This document shows, piece after piece, positions 24,763-37,058 of a stretch of DNA of 64,000 nt. This DNA comes from Camelus dromedarius (taxonomy: Eukaryota). Location of the stretch: positions 86,864,001-86,928,000 of the forward strand of contig NC_087437.1 of assembly GCF_036321535.1 (NCBI RefSeq). The letters run 5' to 3'. The notes beneath the pieces were generated by a model, which was not told the DNA's origin, made no database searches, and saw only the letters and a program-made list of their open reading frames with translations. Within the stretch, counting starts at the first letter, position 1; the number at the start of each line of letters is the position of its first letter. The position numbers and the translations under genes are program-made.

Positions 24763-26649
24763 ATGGGTTTAAAGTTAATCTATGTGCATTCACAACCAGA
24801 AAGCCAGAGAGCTGGCTTTCCCATCACTAAGTTCAAGAAACATTGTTACATTTGTTTGTGTGAGATCCATTGTTTTTTATAAATTTGTGAACAAGGTATG
24901 TTATCTGCCCTTAAGGATTTTAAAGTTTCTCACCATAAGAACCATTTAATCAAACACTATACAATGGAAGCTGTAAAGAACTCCTTTTAAGAGAGAAATA
25001 CACAGCAAGCACTGAGAAAACGCCATACATCTGAATGTTTCTGTTGCTTTATCCTGTCTGTAATATGATGTATTAATATTTAGTAGTTGTTTATAATCAA
25101 AACTGTAGCACAGATTTTAAAGGATCCAGCCTTAAGCCCAGGATCAACTAATCTGGCAATCCAGGAAAAGTATGCACTTAAAAACTTTGTTGTTTTCAGA
25201 TATGTGCACATATCTGTGAAATATCTGGAATTTAGCTTATCTAGAAATCTGTAACTTTTCTAAAAATGTTTGTGTTTCTTTAGCAAGAATCAGCAGGTGA
25301 TTTATAATGATCTTTTATTTCTGCATGAAATAAAACGACCATTCTAAAGACAGTTGACATTTCCCCCTCCAGGAAAACGAGAGCATTATACATAAGTTAA
25401 TAGAAAATAGAATAAGTATCCCCAAATATTCAAAAAGTGAATGAATGAAACATACCTGAAGCTCAGGGGTGCTTATGTAGTTTGGGAAAGTTTAGTTTAC
25501 AAGAGGATAATGGACAGACATCTTTACTGATTTGTGTTTCTTTTTTGAGGAATTAAAGTTTTAATTTTTGCTGGAGAAATAGTCATATCTTTCTCACCAT
25601 TAAGATTATCTAAGTGATAACAAATCGCCAAAGAAGTTTGTTTATTTTGAGCAAAAATTATTAATGTCTTCTTGGACTGTAAATGTCTGAGGCCTGGTCC
25701 TTTCCCACTGTGCTGCTGTCCCTCCCAGGCAAATCTGACAACTAGAGAGCCATTTGCTTGTTGTGGAGACAAAGTGCTGAACCTGGAAGTGCTGACTCAG
25801 CTGGGCAGGAGGTGGTAAGATTAATGGACACCAACCTGGGGGGAAAAGCAGACTGTGAGTGTTAAGGGCCTTGGTGGGAGAAACATTCCCCCAGTGAAAG
25901 AGAGAACACACACTTCGCCCCTCCGTTCACCCCACGGCCAGACATCCTGTGGAACGTGTCTGAGTCCCATGCAGTGGTCCTATTGGAAATTTATATCTCT
26001 ATTCTAGTGATTGAATCAAGACCAACTCATCACATGTTCTATCATAAACTTTAAGCACTGCGATACGTGCTTTCAGAAGAGGTCAATTTTATTTTCATCA
26101 ATAACATGAGCATTTTACTTAAAACAACTAGCATAATTGTAACAGAGAGCCTATCAAACTACATACAAAATCAAGATATACTCAAGGGCATTTTTTAAGT
26201 ACAGCTTATATACTACAAGATATTGAGTAAAACTCTGAATAGCTACACAGTGGACCCCAAGATAACAATAGATTAAAAGGAAGTAAATGGCATACCACCT
26301 AGTTACTTTTGGTTCTTTAATATTTATTTAACATTTGCATAGTGTAAGAGAGTGGGCAGGCCAGCGTTCTCCTGTGTCAGGCAAAATATGTCTCATGTTT
26401 AACACAACTATTTAATTGTACTGTAGCCAGAAAAAATCTGACATTTTTCAGTTTCATTTTTACTGTTTGTCCAGGATGTTTGACACATTAACATATACCA
26501 TTAATAGATTCCCAAAGAGTGACAGTAATAAAGCAACACCAAAGTGATTCAAATCATGTTTAGCTAACAGACAGTCTGGGTGGTTCAATTTCAAGGCTTG
26601 TCTTAATTCAGTTGGTGTGTTAAAAATATTAGTTTCGCAGATTCAAAAT

Positions 26650-26740
26650 GCAATTTATTTATTCTGTAAATATTTACTGATACCTACTATGCACCAGGTG
26701 CTATTTCCAGCCACTGGGGATCTAGTAATAAATACATGGC
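26650..26740 (-). mobile_element. L2 3' end
   Basis: attc...aaatatttactgatacctactatgcaccaggtgct...actggggat. Confidence 0.7.
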
Positions 26741-26944
26741 TGATCAAGCGTAGTATAGGGCTAGTGTAAAGACGGGGCAAAAATGGAGGGGTACATAATT
26801 CAAGGTCAAGTTAGATGCAGTCAAGAATGAAGGCCATCATTCTCTATTCTGTCTGAAAACAAACAATCAGATTACACTTTTTGTTTCTTTTACTTGGTTG
26901 CACTTTCGCTTTTGCTCTTTTCCTTTGTAAACTCAGTGTTCCAT

Positions 26945-27140
26945 GGACAATATAACAGAGACTGAAGAGGAATGAACCAGAAGACCTAGAAATTTGGTTT
27001 CATCTCTCATACTTATTAACCTTGTGACCTTAAAGACATCAGTTAAATTTTTCTGAGACTCGGTTTCCTGAGATAATTTATAGAATTTTACTTAAGAGCT
27101 AAAATAAAACTTCACTTCTGGGAAGGTATATTGTAAACTG
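26945..27140 (+). mobile_element. MIR SINE fragment
   Basis: cagaagacct...acttattaaccttgtgacctt...ttctgagactcggtttcct (MIR core). Confidence 0.6.
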
Positions 27141-29959
27141 CATAAAGACAAAACGGTTGTATCCTGTTTCGTGGGCATCCACATGAACTTTATCAATGTC
27201 ACATCCAGGAAAAATGTTTCAGTTATAACAATTTACAGACAGTGATCATCACTGTGTGTATATTAGGCAGTTTCACTATATTTTGCTTCTAATTTCTTAT
27301 TTTCTCAGATCTACTTTTCTGAGTTGGGGATAAATATTAGTTGTAAAGGAAAAAAGGCCAATACATGTATTTTTCAGCTGAAAAAGTTATACTCAAAATA
27401 CATATGTGTAGTCACTTAAAATACCTACAGGACCTCATGTTTTACAACCCTGTTGTAAAGTCTCCCTTTTATGTTGTCTCAAAGGAATAAGTCAAGAATG
27501 CCGGGGTAGGGATCCCGTGGTGAAATTTAGTAGAGTTATGGCTAATGGTGATATGAGCAATTTGTCTTTTGGAGAACAGTGACAAGACTGAGATTTTCTC
27601 CATTTAGACAAAATATTTTTGTCATTCTCCTTTTTAACAGAAGTATATGTGTATTGCCTCCTTCATCTACCTAAATTAATTTGCAGAAAGAGTTGGGTAG
27701 GATATCTTGATGGTATCCTTTTTAATACTTTCTTGTGGCAGTGCTTATCTCAGTTAAAAAAAAAAAAAAAGCAATGAAAGATAAATTCATTGCACCTGGG
27801 AAAATTTCAGAAGTTTCTGTTGCTTAGTAAATAACCAAATGAAGTTATAGTGTCATTCCTTCCTATAATATCTCTAAACTAATACAAGCGTGTCCTTCCT
27901 CTAAAAAATCGGTAAGTGTTAGCTGTTTTGAATATGTCTCCTAGTTAACACTTAAAACTTCAATCTAAGCCATTATCTTCTTCCTGGCTCAGCAGGAAAT
28001 TCTGCCTGTCGTTAAATCAGTAACTCCTTGTGTTTATGACTACCAAGAACTGCAAAGGCCAGACTATGTGTGGAGTAAAAACCTGTCTAATTAGCATCAG
28101 TCTACACATTACCATATGTTGACAATTGCCTTTCATAGGTTGCATTACTTTGGTATCTGTGAGGAATGACATACCGTAGAATCATTATTTTATCTTCTTG
28201 CAATAACTTCTCAAGCATTTATTTTCTTGTCTTTACTTCTTCTTCTTCTTCTTTTTTTTTTTGTTAACATTTCCTGAATTACTCAAGCATCATGACCTTT
28301 AGGTGCCTCATTCTTGCTTCCTAAGGACAGATCATTGACAGCACTAAGTTCGAATATGTTAACGTCTTTATATCATCAAACCTTTTACTTCCCTACTTTA
28401 CAATTCTGTCTGTTGTCTTAGGTCTGCTTCCAAATCCATAATTTATTCCTCAAGATAGCAGAAACTGACCGAGAGTTTGTATAAAATCCAGCTACCACAG
28501 GTAGAAGGCAAATAGAAAGGAGAAAAAAAAGAGAAGAAAAGATGATAGAAGTGAACTATTCTTATTAAGATAACTAATAGGTATTTAATGAAAGTTTACT
28601 TAAAATTTAGAAGGATGTTTCCTGGATTCAAATTTCAGAAAATTTTACTTTAAATGTGTGATAATGTAATTCTTCTTGGGCAATTGAAGGTAAATTTCAC
28701 TTTATTTTTCAAATACCAGGCTGCAGAAGTATTTTTCAGCATTATAATGTTAAGGTAATGTAGAATAAAGGTGAGCTTATTTTTAAATCTGTTGATTAAG
28801 AAAATAATTTTAAACAAATATATAAATAAAGCATTTGTACTTATTAATTGCACAAGTGATTTTGAATGAATGAGATCAATTGTTTAAAATAATAATTAGC
28901 ATAGGAAACCCCTCATGCCCAGAATTCTCTCTTACATACTTTTTGATCATGTATTCTATACTAATTTTTGTCTTAATTTAAATTAATATGTTTTAGGTTT
29001 TAACTCATTTATCTTATTTGCCGCGTGTATCATGAATTTACAGCCCTTTAAACTTTTTATGACATTTTCAGTTTGCATCAGATTTAGAGTCTAGAACTTA
29101 ACATGGAGTTGACAAAATCGTTCAGTCTGCCACTGACAGTCTCTGTGGCCTTGGCTATCAATATTGTGTGATATATCATAACATATTTAATCTGGGCATC
29201 TGTTTCCTTCCCTGTCATCATTCCAGTGAAACTTCTGGCTGGAGAACACAAAAATTAACAGTGTTTAATGAGACAAAAAAATACAAATATATACATTTTC
29301 CTAAATGATAATAGGTGACAGTGTTTAAAATTCACAATACAGCATCCAAAAGTTTATTTTTAAATAATCACCCCTAAGTGACTTTTGATTAGAACCATCG
29401 GTATGGTTTGAGGACAAAACAAAGATCCTAGATTATACACTCCTCAAAGGTCACGGGAATAAAGAAAGTAAACCTTTCATCTTACCACTTACAACTTTCT
29501 CTATTGACAAATGGCCTGACTCCAGTGGTGCTTTGCTCCATCTTTGAAATGTTTAGGGGCTTTTTCTTGGAGACTCCAGCCCCGCTAACACATACATTTT
29601 CCTTAAATTATTCCTCTTCCCTGGATACCCTTTCTTGGCTGGTAAGTACAAATTACCACACATTTTAAAGTCAATTGTTTTACTTGCCTACTCTTTAAGT
29701 TTTGGGAAGTTACAACCTGGACGTAGGTAGATAATTACAGTACAGAGAATAGTTACAGAGCCCAGATATGTCAGTAAGTCCAACTTAGAACTGCCTGGTT
29801 CTGAATTGCTTTGTTCATGGCCTGTTTCTGTTTTACTTCTGAACCAAATGCATTCTGAACCAAATTTCTCAACTGAAAGAAATGAGAAATTTATACCAGT
29901 TTTGAACAATTTCTAATCCTAAACCCAAACAGAGACCTATGTGCATTTCTCTCCCAGTA

Positions 29960-31230
29960 CGAAATTCTCAAGAACACTCCACTCTTGCTATATGCCTCCA
30001 TTTCCTAACTCATGACTTAATCCCATGATGCGGTTTCTGACTTCTAACAAGTGCCTTTGTTGAAGTTAACCGGTGATCTCCTTTTGTAAATGGCAAAGCT
30101 CTTCTTTGTCATCATTAGTCCTATTTTTTTCAAACGATGTGACACTGCACATCTTCTCCTTGAAATCTTTCGCTGATTTCACAGCATTAGAGGGTTCCAG
30201 TTCTCCCTTACTCTCCATTGACTATTTCTGTTTCCTGGGTTGTCTCACATCAGCCATTGTTTAAATCATGCCACTGCATTATACTTTTTACCTCTCTGCT
30301 CTTCATTTATTTCTCCCCTGGAGGTTTCATATCTTCTAATGATTTCAACTATAAACTCCTCTGAAATAATTTCTAAATTTGCCAAATTTCTCTGGATCAG
30401 CCCTAAATAAAAGTTGTCAAAGAAATGCATAATCATTGTCTTAAATGCTTGTTGATCAAATACATCAAAATTTCCCCCAGACTTGGTTCTCCCACAAGCA
30501 GCTTTATTTCTTCTAGTAGAGCGTTCATTTTCTAAGTTTTCAGCTCACATTCTTGCGATTTTTCATGACTTTTTTTCAATCTACTTAATTATTACATTCA
30601 GTAAGTCCCTCCACTGCATGCTGCCTTCATTTTCCCCATTCTTTCCATTCCCAAAACTATTATCATCTTCTAGTCCAAGCAATCGACTCATACGTCTATG
30701 GCTGATTTAATGATCTCCTCAGCTGTCTTCTTGCCCCCTTAAATACAATGTACACACTACTGGCAGAAGAACCTTTGAAAGCATTAGTTTAGCATACATC
30801 ACTTCATGCAAAAAGTTTGTCAAAATTTCCAACATTCCTATTATGCAAAACAAAACTGGATTTATTCATCTCCCTAAATTTGTTTCTTTTCAACCTCATT
30901 TTCTTCTGCTAAAAACAGATAAAATTGTATTCAAGAAAACTGTTCAAACACTATTTTCTTAATATTTAAAAATACACTTCTAAAATTGCTATCTTTCTAC
31001 TTACAGAAAAGATATATGATTTACTCATTAGTATCTGACTGTGCTATCTGCCTAGTTGAGTCTATATTTTTGAGCTCTTCACTATAGGAGGAATGAGTAT
31101 ATTTCTTTTTTATTTTTTATATACATTGTCTTGTCAATTTGAATTCCTTTTTACACTGCAGAAATGTCTTATCTTCATTCATTTTAATTTCCTGGCTTTA
31201 TAATAGAGAAAATTAATTTGGCACTAACCA
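29960..31230 (+). mobile_element. L2 ORF2/3' region, highly diverged
   Basis: Pyrimidine-rich sequence with L2-like blocks (tgacact...tctccttgaaa, gatttcaactat, tgatctcctcagctgtctt). Confidence 0.55.
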
Positions 31231-31251
31231 CTAACTAATTTATACTTTTAG

Positions 31252-31306
31252 GTTTCCTTTTCTTTTTTCTTCTTCTTTCTTTCTTTCTTTCTTTCTTTTT
31301 TTTTTT
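31252..31306. repeat. (CTTT)n/poly-T low-complexity tract
   Basis: Seen directly. Confidence 0.85.
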
Positions 31307-32211
31307 GGTAAATATTCTCAGTTTCCAAGTGGATATTAAGCTTCTTGGAAGCAAGAACTTAGTCATATTCTTCTTTGTTATGTCAACTTAAAACATTCTA
31401 CACTGTTAAAGAAGAAAAGAAAATTAATAAAAAAGAGAAATGAGACATTGAAAGAAAAAATAGGTGGCTCTTACCAGTAAATACAATAAATATCTCAACA
31501 AATTCCTCTAAAACTACCCTATATTAGGTAAAATTAAACTCAGAAAACTGGCAATATATCTTAAAATTTTTTTTAATATTTGCTTGTCAACTTTATCACT
31601 AATTGCTTCTCACATCTCATTTTTTTTTAACTTCATATAGACTTTATATTGAGTGAATCAGATCTAGGGCTTGGAACCACCATTTTAAATAATCTTTTTA
31701 ATTCCAAAACTTAGATCAATATTTTCAAGTGGTTATTGGGTATGTTGGGTTTTTTAATTTTGTTAAACTAAATTTGAGTACAAAATATAAATAATTTGTA
31801 CACAACATCCACAGAAATATAATGGAAGGAAAAAATTAATTAAAACATAAGCTATAGTAAGAAGTTTGCCTCCGCAATGAAGATTAACAAAAGAGAGAAA
31901 TATAATCCACACTAAAAGTGAGTCCAATTTTGGTTGGTGAATCTTATATTTATATTGATTTCTATCAAAATTTTAATTTTAAAACTTTAAAATTTTTTTT
32001 TCATTTTTTTAGCATTATTATTTTAGTTGGAGTTTAAAATATACATTGAAAAGCACAAGGGATTATTACTCGATAAATGATATAAAATACAATATAACCA
32101 ACGATAATAATAAAGTCATGAACAGAGATTAAACCATGTATCCCAGAGCTGAATCATTTTCCTAAGATTTCATTTAGATTAGGAAGGGGATCCTTCAATA
32201 TAGAAATCTGA

Positions 32212-32367
32212 TTTTTTTTTTTATTGAGGTATAGTCAGTTTACAATGTGTCAATTTCTGGTGTACAGCACAATGCTTCAGTCATACATTGATATACATAT
32301 ATTCATTTTCATATTCTTTTTCACCATAAGCTACTATAAGCTATTGAATGTATTTCCCTGTGCTATA
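32212..32367 (-). mobile_element. Short 5'-truncated, relatively young L1 3' end
   Basis: poly-T then attgaggtatagtcagtttacaatgtgtcaatttctggtgtacagca...tttccctgtgctata; loosely similar flanks aaatctgattttt and aaatgtattttt. Confidence 0.85.
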
Positions 32368-32867
32368 TCAAATGTATTTTTATCCAGTCATTATTAAACC
32401 CAAAATTTTATACTTAATTTTAAATCATGTAAATAAATATCTAATAATGTGTTGCAGTAAATATTGAAAAATATATATTTGTGATAAATTAAAGCTTTAC
32501 CTATATTCTGTTACCACTATTAGTTGAAGCTCTGTGTAAAGGCTCTTTGGAATAAAGCAAATAAACAAATAGCAGTCTATTTTTTGTAAGGACTTTACTT
32601 GAAACTCGGCTAATTAAGGATAAAATTGCAATACAAGTTCTTTTTAAAAATTTGGATGTTGCAGTAATTCTCTCTTCAGACTGTCATTTAATGTTTAAAT
32701 TGTGTTTAAAACACATCATGATGTCCTGAATCTATGCATTAGATCAAAGCTAAGCTCTTTCAAAATAAATCAGCTAATTTCAACATCAAATGTGTTTCTA
32801 GCATGAAGGTTAAACTTCCAGTTTTAAGCTATCAAGGAACACTTAGATACTATGACTCTAATCAACA

Positions 32868-33052
32868 TAATATCATAGAATTCTCGATATGGAGTGGACC
32901 TTAGAGGTATCTATTTTGACCCCTTCATCTTACATGGAAGCAATATTCACAGAGATGAAAATGCGGTTTGCTCAATGTCTCACAATATTTATGACGAAGA
33001 TAAGAGGCTAATCAGGTGTTCTGGCTCCTAGTTTAATTCTCTTTTCATCATA
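32868..33052 (-). mobile_element. MIR/MIR3 SINE
   Basis: atcatagaa...ggaccttagagg...cccttcatcttaca...cagaga...ttgctcaatgtctcaca. Confidence 0.65.
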
Positions 33053-33899
33053 ATCTTTTTTGGGGTGGACAGGAAGAATCACTTCTACATCCCACTGGAG
33101 TCAAATGGAAGCTTCTTTGGGAATTTCTTGCCCTGTGGCTGAACTGAGGACAGAAATAGTGGCTACGGCTCGACACGTAAGGCACTATTGTCATTCCTAT
33201 TATAAAAGAACTTGAATAGATGTTTTACTGAGTTTGTGAGTCTTTTTCTGGTGGTAAGTGTTAAGTGAATGTTCTTGTGTTCCCTTTTTCAGAAAAGAAG
33301 AAAATGATTTGGCTGAAAAGTTAGGAATTCCCTACTGTGAATCTCATTTGCATTTATCTTCTCTTTCAAAGAATGTACTTTATATAAACTGGATATCTAA
33401 TTCACATATCTTAAGTATAAGTGAGCTCGTCAGTGCAATGGAAATTGAACACTTACAAGCTTTAAATTTATATCAGAATTATGTGTAAAAAACATAGAAG
33501 AGAAAGGACAGCTAGTCATCTCCTTTTTCATGTTCTGTGTGGTATTACATAATTACACAAATTGAGATAAAAGTTGTATTTTTATGACAAAAAGAAGAGG
33601 TCTCAATTAATGCCATAAGATACATTTATGAAAGGTGAACATATAAAAATGAAAGAGATGTGATGGCTGAGTATATACTAGGACAGTAGAATGGATCTCT
33701 AAGTTAAGGTAAATAATACTAATCATGGACTCAGAATAAATTTGTGAATGCAGACGGATAAGTAAATTTAAAAAGCACAATTTAGATCTCTTAGTTTACT
33801 ATTACAACATTTTCTAAAGCCCATAATTTAGAAGATGTTGATTGAGAAATCTGGAGAGTTTATAACTTAATGGTGAGTGAAAATTTGGGAAGTTACGAC

Positions 33900-34285
33900 T
33901 ATGATAAGATTTTAACCAACACTAATATGAGAAAAATATCGGGCAACAAAATGACGTTGTAGATCAATCTAATTTTAGGAACAAAAATGCAAAAATTCTT
34001 TAAATATTAACACATCATTTCCAGCAGTGTATTTAAATAAAAATACTAAAAAAAGTTTTCCTGCAATTTAAAGATTAGACTATAATGGAACATTAGGATA
34101 AAGATAACTATCAATATAACTAAAAAGTAACTTTTGAGATTAAAGGAGAAGGGTCTTTATAGGTGCTAAAAAAGACAGAAAAAAATATAGAGTAATAATG
34201 AGTTTACCAAAGTTGTAGGATACAAGATCATTATAAAAATACTGTATTTATACATAATAGCAATGAAAAATCTGAAAATTTAACT
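33900..34285 (+). mobile_element. Degraded L1 ORF2 fragments
   Basis: atgagtttaccaaagttgtaggatacaagatca...tacataatagcaatgaaaaatctgaaaat. Confidence 0.6.
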
Positions 34286-34289
34286 CAGT

Positions 34290-34876
34290 GGATGTGAGTT
34301 GCTCAAATCTGCACATTTCCAAGAAATACTGTCTTCAGGACTGGCTCTTGGCTGGCTCCTGGGAGATGAGTGTTGAGTCTTTGTAATATTCTAACTGATA
34401 AGACTGTTTTTTTTACGCCTGAGTCACGGAGCCTGTAGGTAGCAGTATGTTTAGATAATGCATGCTAACAATATGATTTATAGTGAATGCATGTTTTTGT
34501 CTGGGTGGCTGGTGTCTGAATAACTAAGTTCAGTCCAAGTAGACATCACATGCCTGTACAACTGGCTCCCAGGACAAATCCTAAACACCAACACTCTGCT
34601 TAGCTTCCACTGTTGGCAGCACTTCGTGTGGGTTGTCACATAGCACTGCTGGGAGAATTAAGCAAGTCCATGTGACTCTACTGAGAAAGGACACCTGAAA
34701 GCTTGTGCCTGATTCTCCTGGACATCACCTCATGCAACTTATCCCTTTGCTGATTTTAATCTGCATCCTTTCACTGTCATAAACTATAATTATGAGTGTG
34801 GCAGCTTTTTAAAATCTCCTGAGGCCTTCCAGTGAATCATCAAATCTGAGGATGGTTTAGGAACCTCTAAGACACA
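34290..34876 (+). mobile_element. ERVL-class solo LTR (MER68/MER77-like)
   Basis: ctcctgggagat...ctgataaga...atgctaacaatatgatttat...ctgggagaattaagc...gaaagcttgtgcctg...tttgctgattttaatctg...gtgaatcatcaaatctgagg...gaca. Confidence 0.8.
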
Positions 34877-35404
34877 GTCACTCCAAGCAGTTTTCTTGAG
34901 CCCCTTTCTGAGGAGAAAGGGTGGGGGACCGCAGGTACCATTCCCTGCTTCCTCAGACAGGGAGTGTGTACTTGTGATCTTGGGAGGACTAGCTCTTTTC
35001 ATGTACAGTGGACATCACATTGGCAAGGATGCCACTCTTTCATGCTTCCAGTTTCCCATTTATATCATTCAGTGCTCTCAATGGTAAGAAAATTTGGTTT
35101 TATAGAGTGCTAGTGGTGATTCAGTTTGGTACAACACTGGAAATCTATAAATTTTTTTGTGTTTTAGTATTTTATTTCTTAGGCTGTAACCAAAAGAAAC
35201 ACCTGCATATGTTCAAGAGGAAATGTGCATTAATGTACATTATAAGTGTGTTAAAAAAAAAACTTGGGAATAATAAAAATGTTTGTTACTATGGGAATGG
35301 CTGTTTAACACTACAGAACAGTTCCAGAATAATAGGATAAATCTTCATATATTAGCCTGACAAAATTAGAGAGTTGCTATTAGGGAATAAGCACAGATTC
35401 TGAA

Positions 35405-35790
35405 CGCCCTGAATGAAGTGGGGCAGGTCTCCTGGAGGAAGGACCCCGCTACACTGACAAAATAAAAGTTATACTGTTGTTTCTCCAGCCTTCCCCGAAG
35501 GACCTCTGGCCCTTTACCAGGATGACTGTTCACTGGGGAAAGGGAAAGAATTGAAATTTTCACAGATTACTGTACATCAGCTCTGACCTGATACTAATTT
35601 GTAGAGACCCAAAATGTGGTCCACAAATCAGAGTAGGAATTTGTTTGTGGAGGTCAAGTGATCAAGGGAGTTTGTGCTCAGGTCCATCTGACAGTGAGTC
35701 CAGTGGATCCCTGAACCTATTCTGGGGTTCTTTCCTAGTTCTGGAATGAACACTTGAGCAGTCACACTCAGCAACTGACAAAAATCTTAT
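35405..35790 (+). mobile_element. ERV-L internal fragment (gag end/protease), degenerate
   Basis: gaggaaggaccccgctacact...ggacctctggccctttaccagg...cactggggaaagggaa. The stretch LLYISSDLILI corresponds to the ERV-L protease LLDTGSELTLI motif; stops and frameshifts present. Confidence 0.8.
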
Positions 35791-35849
35791 GTGTAAGTAA
35801 CACAGACACACACACATATTTAGACATACATACATACCTTCTCGGGTTC

Positions 35850-36045
35850 TGTAGGTCTACATGAATCCTGAGAAAGAGTGCTAGAAGGTTACAGACCAAA
35901 CTGATACCAGTGACTGCCTCTGGGAAATTGGGGGTGACGAACAAAGCAGATATTAACCTTATATGTAATGCTTTTCATTTTGTATTACAAAAGAGTGTGT
36001 TCATCGTTAGACTTTTAATTAAAATTAATTATTAAAAAAAAAAGG
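35850..36045 (+). mobile_element. L1ME-type 3' UTR fragment
   Basis: tagaaggttacagaccaaactgataccagtgactgcctctggga...A-rich end. Confidence 0.6.
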
Positions 36046-37058
36046 ATTCTAAAGTGACCAGGGTTATTTAAGTTGGTAGCTGAAAGCTAAATGAGTCCTT
36101 AAAAACTATTTTTAAATTCATCAGTTTTTATAGGAGTATGTATTTAAAAATTCCCTCTTATCACCCAGATTACATCTCGAGGATATGGAAATAATTTACG
36201 TCTTTAAGACGGTATGTCAGACAGGATCATGCACTTCATGAAGTTAAACGGTAAAATAAATTGCTTATGAAAACTAGAATCTTCTTTTGTGGAAGTCCTT
36301 AAAATCATTCTTGTGAGCCTGGGATAAGACAAGTATGTGGGCTGAATGATTACAGAACAATATACACTCTCAGTTGATGGACACTTCTAACCATTTCTTT
36401 ACAATATTTCATGTAAAAAGCAAAACAAACAAAAAAAATACAAAAGTCAACTGGCAAACACACCCTGAACTTAGCATGGGGGTCCTGTCACACAGTCTCT
36501 CCAAGCAATTTTCATGAGCACTCTTCCAAGGATGGCGGGGGATGCACCAGAGGTCTAACTCCCTGCCCTCTCAAGTAGGAAGACATATGCTTGTAGTCCA
36601 AGGGGGACTGAAGTGAAATGCATTGATCATCACCTATGAGATGTTATTTGCATGACCATTTTGTGCCTTGCAATGATAATGTGATAATTGTTTTACTTGA
36701 CCAATTCTTCTATCACATTTTAAAATACTAAACACAAATCCTGTAATATGTTAAAATACAATAAAATGCATGTCTATTCATAAAGGATACACAGCCCAAG
36801 TCAAGTGTGAAATGGCAACATAATAACTGAGTCAACTTTCCAATGAAGAAATAGTAAAAAACAAACTTAATACTAATATTGTTTTTAAATTGAAGATTAA
36901 AAGCCCATCCAAGTTGGCCAGCCCTTCCCAAAGGGTGTTTTGATCAAGCCCAGCGATCTTTCTCTTTCTACTGGAGTAAGTCTGTAAACAGGTCTCCACA
37001 TCCAGGAAAAGGCCTGGTTCCATAAACCCACCCACACAGTTTTGTAAACATTCAGGGT

